A program made the position numbers and the translations under genes. A stretch of 32,000 bases of DNA from Candidatus Scalindua sp. GTDB lineage: Bacteria; Planctomycetota; Brocadiia; Brocadiales; Scalinduaceae. This document shows positions 25,517-32,000 of the stretch, piece by piece. Positions within the stretch are counted from its first letter, which is position 1. Every line of letters starts with the position of its first letter. The notes under the pieces were generated by a model, which was not told where the DNA came from, did not search any database, and worked only from the letters and a program-made list of their open reading frames with translations. The stretch is taken from positions 900,001 to 932,000 of the forward strand of contig JALDRA010000001.1 of the NCBI GenBank assembly GCA_031316235.1. The letters are read 5' to 3'.

Positions 25517-26399
25517 TTCTTCTTTTCCCCAATCTATCTGATACCTTTGAATGGTGACTTCGACGGGTTTTCCTGAGCCCCTTTTTTCCGTCTTTCTGTT
25601 TTGGTTTATGAGAGGTGTCGATTTTAGACGGAGTCACCCTCATGAATAAACGCTTGATCTCGGAATCGAGGAGAGGTCTGTACTTTCCGGACTTGAGTGT
25701 TGATTCAGCCTTTAAATGGCCTATCATAACCCTCTTCAATGAAATTACGTTGTGGCCTGTCTTTGCAAGCAGCCGTCTAATTTCCCTGTTTTTCCCCTCT
25801 CTGAGTATTATCTCAAGCGTGCTTGTAGTATACCTTCTATGGATAACTTTTACGCTTGATGGTAACATCCTGCCATCAGAAAGCCACATACCCTGCCTGA
25901 GAATCTCCAGAGTATCGTCCCTGATCCGACCCTTAACCTCAACCCTGTAGCGTTTCTCAATACCATATCTTGGATGTGACAGCAGATTTGCCAGTTCCCC
26001 ATCATTTGTCAACAAGATAAGGCCCTCGCTCTCCTTGTCCAATCTCCCTACGGTATAAATCCTTTGCTCTACACTTCTTAACAAATCTATCACCCTGAAC
26101 CCCCTGGACGACTCATCATTCGTGCACACATATCCCCTCGGTTTGTTCAAAAGGTAATACACTTTCTTCTGGCGTTTAACAGGCTCACCATCACAAAAAA
26201 TCTTGCTCCTGTCGGGGTCCACAGCCTGCCCCATTTCGGTAACACGCTTCCCGTCAAGTGTCACACGCCCGGCCATTATCAAGACTTCGCAGGAGCGCCG
26301 TGAACCTAAACCAGCCTCCGCAAGAACTTTATGAAGCCTTTCCTTCTTCTTCTCTTCAACGTTTACTCGATTGTTCTTTATCATGATCGTATGAATCAA
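25485..26399 (-). CDS. rluB: 23S rRNA pseudouridine synthase, RluB/RsuA family
   Basis: S4 domain ERLHKVLAEAGLGSRRSCEVLIMAGRVTLDGK, catalytic GRLDKESEGLILLTNDG, and a Lys/Arg-rich C-terminal tail. It overlaps the thiC start by 32 nt. Confidence 0.85.
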   Translation of the reverse strand: MIHTIMIKNNRVNVEEKKKERLHKVLAEAGLGSRRSCEVLIMAGRVTLDGKRVTEMGQAVDPDRSKIFCDGEPVKRQKKVYYLLNKPRGYVCTNDESSRGFRVIDLLRSVEQRIYTVGRLDKESEGLILLTNDGELANLLSHPRYGIEKRYRVEVKGRIRDDTLEILRQGMWLSDGRMLPSSVKVIHRRYTTSTLEIILREGKNREIRRLLAKTGHNVISLKRVMIGHLKAESTLKSGKYRPLLDSEIKRLFMRVTPSKIDTSHKPKQKDGKKGLRKTRRSHHSKVSDRLGKRRNDATKRSKVK

Positions 26400-26632
26400 T
26401 ACATCCTGCCAGTCTGCCTATTTTTTCACAGACTGGCACAACTCTTTCAAAACGGTTCCCTCGACCCGCCGGACTGATTACCCGCCCCGATGTATCCGTT
26501 CAACATCCCGACATTTCCGGTCAGGCGGGTGTGCTTCCGCACAAAAAAATATAAGACTTCGATATATTCAGCTCTAAAATGAAATTCCCGATACAGTCAA
26601 AGTCCGTATGAAAGTATCTGAATCTTTCCTGG

Positions 26633-26959
26633 TTACTGCACCTTGGAACCGGGCATTATGTCGCCTTCAGTTGTGATTAATACGACGTGTTTCTCATCTC
26701 TGGCAGCAAGAAGCATCCCCTGACTCTCCTCACCTCTTAATACAGCAGGTTCAAGATTATTTACCACAATAATTTTTTTCCCAATGAGTTGATCAGGAGT
26801 ATAATCTTCCCGTATTCCAGCCACCAGCTGTTTCACACCGCCAGCCTCTCCGAGATCAACCTTTAATACAAGCAGCTTGTCTGCATTCGGATGTTCCGTG
26901 GCCTCCTTGATCTCAGCAACCCGCAAATCTATTTTCATAAAGTCACTTATACTAACCAT
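26633..26959 (-). CDS. tRNA-binding domain protein (CsaA/EMAP-II-like OB fold)
   Basis: 108 aa. F.KIDLRVAEIKEATEHPNADKLLVLKVDLGEAGGVKQLVAGIREDYTPDQLIGKKIIVVNNLEPAVLRGEESQGMLLAA is the conserved tRNA_bind domain. Confidence 0.85.
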   Translation of the reverse strand: MVSISDFMKIDLRVAEIKEATEHPNADKLLVLKVDLGEAGGVKQLVAGIREDYTPDQLIGKKIIVVNNLEPAVLRGEESQGMLLAARDEKHVVLITTEGDIMPGSKVQ

Positions 26960-27183
26960 CTAACACCCTTTCATTTCACGTAACCAACTATCCTGAAGCA
27001 TCTTATTACGCATGGACGTCAACGCAAAAACAGAAGAAACGCGCAGTAAAAAATACCAAGCCGCATAAAAACCGGCAACCATCCCGAAAAATACCCCGGT
27101 TGTTTGATTCTAACAGATGTCATTCTTGATAAGCAAGTGAAAAGTCACTGATCGGTCCTATGGATCTGCTGCAGAATCCGGTA

Positions 27184-27927
27184 TTAATACTTTACCCTCA
27201 TGAGGCACAGTCCTCTGGCAGGAGCACTCAATCCGGCACATGACCTGTTTTTCCCCTTTACTATCTTTTCAAATTCTTCCAGGGACATCTTCTCCCTCCC
27301 CACGTCAAGGAGTGTGCCAACAATCGCCCTCACCATTTTATACAAAAACCCATCTGCCTCAATAGTGAAGTGTATGTACCTCCCCTTTCTTAAAACCTCC
27401 AGCAACATTACCGTCCTTACCGCATTTTTCTCAGTTTTTTCAGATCGCGATCTTGATTTAAATGTGCTGAAATCGTGTCTGCCGGTTATAATTTTAGCGG
27501 CCTGCTGAATCTTTTCGATATTCAAAGGAGCGCAGTATTGATAGCAGAAGTTCCTGTTGACAGCGCTTCGAACAGAGTGGTTGAGGATGGTGTAACGGTA
27601 AATCTTTGATTTTGCACTGTACTGTGAATGAAATCCCTTCGCTACTCTCCTTGCAGATTTCACTGCAATATCCCTGGGAAGGAAAAAATTAATTGCCTGT
27701 ACCAATCCCGTGACTGGAATGGTGGAGTTTGTCTCAAAGTTTGCAACCTGACCGCGTGCATGAACTCCGGAATCTGTCCTTCCGGCACCAATAAGCTTAA
27801 CCTCTTCATTGACGGCATTCTCTATGGCACGCTTCAGTGTCTCCTGAACGGTCTTATCACTCTTCTGCCTTTGCCACCCGGCATAATCTGTACCATCATA
27901 CTCAATAACAAGCTTTATATTTTTCAC
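27184..27927 (-). CDS. truA: tRNA pseudouridine(38-40) synthase TruA
   Basis: 247 aa. MKNIKLVIEYDGTDYAGWQRQ, catalytic GAGRTDSGVHARGQV, and GFLYKMVRAIVGTL. Confidence 0.95.
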   Translation of the reverse strand: MKNIKLVIEYDGTDYAGWQRQKSDKTVQETLKRAIENAVNEEVKLIGAGRTDSGVHARGQVANFETNSTIPVTGLVQAINFFLPRDIAVKSARRVAKGFHSQYSAKSKIYRYTILNHSVRSAVNRNFCYQYCAPLNIEKIQQAAKIITGRHDFSTFKSRSRSEKTEKNAVRTVMLLEVLRKGRYIHFTIEADGFLYKMVRAIVGTLLDVGREKMSLEEFEKIVKGKNRSCAGLSAPARGLCLMRVKY

Positions 27928-28042
27928 GATATTCTACTGACATAATTTATATACGCTACATTGCTCGATGCCTGACCATAAAATGGGATGTATACAATTT
28001 CCGGATAGACTACTGCAAGTGGTTCAACGAAAACTGCCCCGA

Positions 28043-28182
28043 TATACTAAAACCGCTCTGGTTTTAGATTTTTCTAAAAACCAAAGCCTGGTTGCTGGTA
28101 TCCCCGGACAAAAAACGCCGAGGACCTTACCCGCTCCGTTTTTTTTCGGATTTTATCCGAAATCCAGTATACGATGAGTATA
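28043..28182 (+). repeat. Interspersed hairpin-forming repeat family, copy D (longest, used as reference)
   Basis: TATACTAAAACCGCTCTGGTTTTAGATTTTTCTAAAAACCAAAGCCTGGTTGCTGGTATCCCCGGACAAAAAACGCCGAGGACCTTACCCGCTCCGTTTTTTTTCGGATTTTATCCGAAATCCAGTATACGATGAGTATA. It contains at least two internal hairpins (TGGTTTTAG/CTAAAAACCA and CGGATTTTATCCG). Confidence 0.75.
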
Positions 28183-28293
28183 CAAGGTGAAGAACAACTT
28201 CGTAACCGGATCTTACTGATGAGCTTCATGATTACAGAGTTGTTACCGCAACAAAGGAGTCGTCGGGTGGTTTTCGTTCAACCACTATAATTT

Positions 28294-28941
28294 TTATTCA
28301 TCATCAAATAACGTCAGCTGTGTATACCCTGTCCCGTTCTCACTCCTCTTTCTTTTCTCTTCTGCTTTTTTCCTCATTTCCTCATCCCTTTTCTCCTTTT
28401 TTCCCCGTATTCTTTTCTCTTCTGCCCTTCTTTGATCTTCAATATACTTTTCAATCTCCTCTGCCTCTTCACCTGAAGAAACCTCCACAATCAATTCCCT
28501 CTCTCTCACCATGCTTTTAGAGAAAATAAAACCGTCAGGACTCTGATAAAACGTGAGGGAATCTGAAATTTCTTTTCTACAGTACCCCTCCGCTCCGATC
28601 GTTAATTGACAAACCTCTTCAATCAACGTTGCTTTACTGCCGACCGTTGATTTCCTGGTATGATAAAAACTGTTTATCGTATCCGATGAAAGATAATTCT
28701 CACTCTTCTTATCGAACAGGAAATTAAGACGTGCTATTACGTGTACAATTGCAGCCGCCCATATTTCCTTTTTCCCGCGGGAGAGATCAATCTTTCTTTT
28801 CCTCCCCAGGGTATCACAGAGTTTAAGGGCATACCCCCGGTATTCTTCGTTTAGATATTTCTCAAAAAAACTCTCCACCAGTCCCCTGATTTCGTTCAGA
28901 CTCTCATTTTTTTCATGATGACACTGTGATTTTTTTCTCAT
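28294..28941 (-). CDS. DUF6398-like protein with a Lys/Glu-rich C-terminal tail
   Basis: 215 aa. LCDTLGRKRKIDLSRGKKEIWAAAIVHVIARLNFLFDKKSENYLSSDTINSFYHTRKSTVGSKATLI resembles the recalled DUF6398 core (..g.peiWAaaivya....NFLfD). The start overlaps the upstream gene's stop (ATGA at 28938-28941). Confidence 0.55.
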   Translation of the reverse strand: MRKKSQCHHEKNESLNEIRGLVESFFEKYLNEEYRGYALKLCDTLGRKRKIDLSRGKKEIWAAAIVHVIARLNFLFDKKSENYLSSDTINSFYHTRKSTVGSKATLIEEVCQLTIGAEGYCRKEISDSLTFYQSPDGFIFSKSMVRERELIVEVSSGEEAEEIEKYIEDQRRAEEKRIRGKKEKRDEEMRKKAEEKRKRSENGTGYTQLTLFDDE

Positions 28942-31454
28942 TTTTCATTCCCACTACATTTATTCATCAATACACCTGCATCTCCCTTATATCGCAGGGT
29001 ATCATTTCCCGTCTCTTCAGAAAAGATATCTGAAACACCTCCCATGTCACTCAAAATGCCGATTCCGGAAAATGTCTCATTTCTCGATGGATTGGAGAAT
29101 CCCTGGCTTGCGTCATTCGCCGAATATTGATCGTCACCGCCGAAATCTGAGAGAATGCCGAAACCTTTTTCGTACCCAACCCCCTGTGATAGAGTATTGC
29201 TCTTGTAAAAGTCATTACCATCAATATCTACCAGGTGTCCAATGCCCGTATCGTAACCGCACCCCTGAGACATACCAAAATAGGTATGGTAGATGTCGTC
29301 ACCACCGCAATCTTTCAAAATACCAACCGAGGAGTGTATCCCTGCACCCTGTGAGTATCGCCCTGATACATACCGATCATGACCGCTCTTGTCATACAGA
29401 ATCCCCAGAGAGAAATAGTAGCTGCTCCCCTGGGCAAAATAATCTCCACAATAGGTATCATTGCCCTCTTCATCAATAAGAACTCCAATCCCACCTGAAG
29501 CACCAACGGCCATACCATCAGGCCGAATCCCAAAACCGAAACCTTGTCCCAATGCCCGGCTTGATCGTGCAGGGTCACGAAAGTCTGCATATCTGCCCCC
29601 GACAAAGTAGACGTCATTTCCCTTCAGATCCATGAGGCCTCTTACCCCCCTGGTAAAACCAATACCCTGGGAGAACATGCTGCTCATGTATGTGTCATTG
29701 CCGTCATTGTCCCGTAAAAAACCAATCCCGAATGAGCCCCCTCCCTGGCACATGATGTCAGCGTTATATGAATCTTCTCCCCTTTCATCATAGAGTACTC
29801 CAACCCCAAGGGATCCAAAGCCCTGGCAGAATCCTTCTCCCCTGTATCTGTCATCCCCCTCCAGATCAAGAAGTATTCCTGCCCCGAACCGTGCAGCGCC
29901 CTGGCAATAACTTGCCCTGGAGGCGTAGGTGTCATCGCCTGACATATCGATACAGATAGATATCGGGGCATCATCCCTTGATGCCCCGGCATTATTGAAA
30001 TAGTAGTCGTCTCCTCCGAGATCGATGATTACGGCAGCATCTTCATAATAGCAGGTGGCCCCCGGACCACCCACCACGATCTTTCCTATCCCCCTGGCCT
30101 CCTGAATAAAGAGCACATCACCTCCAAACCCTGATCCCCTCAGGCTTTCATCTCTCCCGTTTCCCGGACCGGGAGTATTGGTCTTGTCAAACAGTGTCTT
30201 CGAGTCAGGAATATCAAATGGCTGGAGTTCTCTGTCTTCAGTTTCAATATTCAGAAACGGTTGCAGAGGAATTGATTCAGCAACCGTAAGGCAGCTCTTC
30301 ATGAGCAGTGACATATCGATCTTTACAACCGTTTCGAGAAACTTTTCAATAGTCTCGGATTCCACCGTTTCGGAATGGAGCCACAACCGATGAGATATGT
30401 CGTAGAGAAATGATAACTCAGATGGTGTCAATCTGCTGAAAGATTCTTTCCTCAACTCAGCCCCCGTAAGTATTGCTCCCATGATATCGTCTGCCAGTTT
30501 CTGCAACGAATGCCTGGTATCAGCACACTCTCTCAGCGCCCCATCATCACCCGCTGGTAAAGCTCTCTTTCCCGTATCTGTCTGCCTTGATGTTAACGGC
30601 TCAAATGGTACCAGGTCAAGGAGTCTCACTCCATAAGAGAGTGGATGGAGGAGTGATCTCCCGGTAAGCTGCTTATGGATAATGTCACTATAGCAGGGAA
30701 CATCGAGGGGACGTGAGATGAGCTGATCGATCAGGCTTAACCGAAAGATATTGATGCCGCTTTTCATGTGGTAACTCTCACGCACCAGCGTCTCTTCACC
30801 AATCCTCTGCATTGACTTGAGAAATATATCCTTAAACCTTTCGTCCCTGAGAATAAAAGAAAAAAACGATTCTTCCCCGTTAACGTTCCGCTCTTCTTTT
30901 TTCTCCCTCATTTCATCCACCACACATGAAGAGGATGAGGTGTCTATCTGATGTTGACCCGTTCTGTTTCCGGTAGTGAGTAATTTTGCAATTAACCTTG
31001 GCTGAAACACTAACCGAGTCTCACCCCTCAGGACAGACAGCCTCATGATACTGTCTCTGCCCGATTCCTCCATATCCCTCTTGAACAGGATAAGGTTTTC
31101 ATCATCACCGTTTAATTCTCTCCCGTTAACCTCTGTGATAATATCTCCAGTCTGCAGACCGCAGGAGTGTGCGGGAGATCCCTTGATTACCCCTTCTACA
31201 CGAAGACCCCTGCCCTTCTGGTTTCCCATAAATATCCCGAGCCATCCCTTATTAAGATCAACCCTGCTTTTCTGAAATGCGTACTCTTTCTGATCAAAGA
31301 AATTCTCTGGAGAAAATTTCCGCTCTTTTACGGATACTGCTCTCTCCCGCGGAACAGTTTCATGGGCCTGCACTTCACGATCCAGCAGGAAACCCCAGAG
31401 CATCATGAGACAACTGAAGAGGTGAACAGGGAAATGAAATCGCATGTGCATCAT
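28938..31454 (-). CDS. Secreted PDZ-domain protein with a C-terminal array of about 12 repeats of 26 residues (G.G.L.D..G.D.Y.....SQG.G)
   Basis: Probable start at M49-M52 of the ORF-track protein (ATG 31454 or 31445), giving the signal peptide MRFHFPVHLFSCLMMLWGFLLDREVQA. PDZ segment GWLGIFMGNQKGRGLRVEGVIKGSPAHSCGLQTGDIITEVNGREL. The repeat array is encoded at about 28990-30060. Confidence 0.8.
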   Translation of the reverse strand: MMHMRFHFPVHLFSCLMMLWGFLLDREVQAHETVPRERAVSVKERKFSPENFFDQKEYAFQKSRVDLNKGWLGIFMGNQKGRGLRVEGVIKGSPAHSCGLQTGDIITEVNGRELNGDDENLILFKRDMEESGRDSIMRLSVLRGETRLVFQPRLIAKLLTTGNRTGQHQIDTSSSSCVVDEMREKKEERNVNGEESFFSFILRDERFKDIFLKSMQRIGEETLVRESYHMKSGINIFRLSLIDQLISRPLDVPCYSDIIHKQLTGRSLLHPLSYGVRLLDLVPFEPLTSRQTDTGKRALPAGDDGALRECADTRHSLQKLADDIMGAILTGAELRKESFSRLTPSELSFLYDISHRLWLHSETVESETIEKFLETVVKIDMSLLMKSCLTVAESIPLQPFLNIETEDRELQPFDIPDSKTLFDKTNTPGPGNGRDESLRGSGFGGDVLFIQEARGIGKIVVGGPGATCYYEDAAVIIDLGGDDYYFNNAGASRDDAPISICIDMSGDDTYASRASYCQGAARFGAGILLDLEGDDRYRGEGFCQGFGSLGVGVLYDERGEDSYNADIMCQGGGSFGIGFLRDNDGNDTYMSSMFSQGIGFTRGVRGLMDLKGNDVYFVGGRYADFRDPARSSRALGQGFGFGIRPDGMAVGASGGIGVLIDEEGNDTYCGDYFAQGSSYYFSLGILYDKSGHDRYVSGRYSQGAGIHSSVGILKDCGGDDIYHTYFGMSQGCGYDTGIGHLVDIDGNDFYKSNTLSQGVGYEKGFGILSDFGGDDQYSANDASQGFSNPSRNETFSGIGILSDMGGVSDIFSEETGNDTLRYKGDAGVLMNKCSGNEK

Positions 31455-31626
31455 TAAATCAATACCCTTACAGAACGTTTCAGTGATATAAAAAGATATA
31501 TACCCATCAGGTAAATCATACATTACAGGGCTGGTTTCCCCGCCTGAATGACAAGCCTGCCAGGCCAGACGGGTCAAATAATAAAACACAAATAACAAAC
31601 AAATTCCAATTAATTGTCAAGCAAAA

Positions 31627-31794
31627 TCAACAGTGTCCGGTTAGGTTTTTGCGTAGGCGGCATTTGTCATACCCGAGCGTCTTTATCGGGCATCCAGAGA
31701 TTCGTTTCATCATAGATTCCCGCTAAAAACATGCGGGAATGACAGTTTTGGGGCAATAAATTAAATATGCAAAAACCTAACCGGACACTGTTGA
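31627..31794. repeat. 168-bp element bounded by perfect 26-bp inverted repeats with nested internal palindromes
   Basis: TCAACAGTGTCCGGTTAGGTTTTTGC (31627-31652) is the exact reverse complement of 31769-31794. The interior contains ATTCCCGC-TAAAAACAT-GCGGGAAT and CCCGA-GCGTCTTTA-TCGGG hairpins bracketed by TGTCAT...ATGACA. Confidence 0.8.
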
Positions 31795-31926
31795 AGCAAA
31801 ATAGAAATGTCCGAACAATCTTTTTCTGATCGTTCCCGTCTGCTGACAGGGAGGCGAACAGGGAAATTTGTAATTTGAGATTTGTATGCCTCAGCATTGC
31901 ACGCAGACAGGTGTCTTTGCCGAGAA

Positions 31927-31963
31927 TATACTAAAAACCGATCTGGTTTTCGGTTTTAGTATA
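31927..31963. repeat. Interspersed hairpin-forming repeat family, copy E (minimal 37-bp palindromic form)
   Basis: TATACTAAAAACCGATCTGGTTTTCGGTTTTAGTATA matches the first 30 nt of copy B (reverse complement) and closes with the family's AGTATA end. Confidence 0.6.
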
Positions 31964-32000
31964 CCTGGACATTACAGAATTACTCCTGTAACAAAGCAGA

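Noticed and set aside
25517-25640. Possible TPP (THI-box) riboswitch upstream of thiC
   Set aside because: thiC genes usually carry one. The minus strand here has GGGGCUCAGGAAAACCCGUCGAAG, which superficially resembles GGGG...CUGAGA...ACCC. However, CUGAGA is not present, and the ACCUGAUCUGGAUAAUGCCAGCG arm is absent. The segment folds as a simple GACGG/CCGUC hairpin and lies inside the open rluB C-terminal frame. An Rfam RF00059 scan would settle it.
31667-31897. 76-aa ORF upstream of the PDZ gene
   Set aside because: It spans the nested-palindrome element, and the peptide is an artefact of the repeat.
1-32000. CRISPR arrays, rRNA genes or additional tRNAs
   Set aside because: No regularly spaced short direct repeats and no rRNA-like or additional cloverleaf-forming segments were seen. 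The only tandem periodicity is the protein-coding 26-residue repeat at about 28990-30060.

Overview
This is an AT-rich bacterial chromosomal window in three parts.

**Left core block (1-6056):** it contains hisG, a secreted TPR protein, a YebC-family regulator, ftsH and tRNA-Pro(GGG).

**Accessory region (about 6057-23540):**
- It starts directly at the 3' end of the tRNA with a decayed tyrosine-integrase fragment.
- It holds five toxin-antitoxin-type pairs: Phd/VapC, DUF4160/DUF2442, BrnT/BrnA, an antitoxin with a RelE-like pseudogene, and HicB/HicA.
- Two IS elements look intact, with inverted repeats and target-site duplications readable in the sequence.
- There are remnants of IS3, IS200/RAYT-like and ISL3 transposases.
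- Two patches are clearly GC-rich and look foreign: a DUF2254 membrane protein and a CPA2/Kef-type antiporter.
- Several genes are inactivated by nonsense codons.

**Right core block (23542-31600, all minus strand):** it contains a class I glutamine amidotransferase, thiC, rluB, a tRNA-binding protein and truA. It ends with a translationally coupled pair: a secreted PDZ protein with about 12 copies of a 26-residue repeat, and a DUF6398-like protein.

**Most interesting observations:**
1. Three 124-126 bp repeats and one 72 bp imperfect palindrome have the architecture of integron attC sites. Each sits just 3' of a minus-strand gene or gene pair. Together they look like an integrase-less cassette array of TA modules and unknown genes.
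2. A 2.2 kb ISKra4-like IS carries a Dam-like adenine methyltransferase as a passenger. Its 8 bp target duplication falls in the core-like box of a fourth, partial copy of the repeat.
3. A five-copy interspersed hairpin-forming repeat family is scattered through the intergenic regions.
4. The PDZ protein has an unusual repeat region.

All family assignments come from motifs read by eye. No database search was possible.
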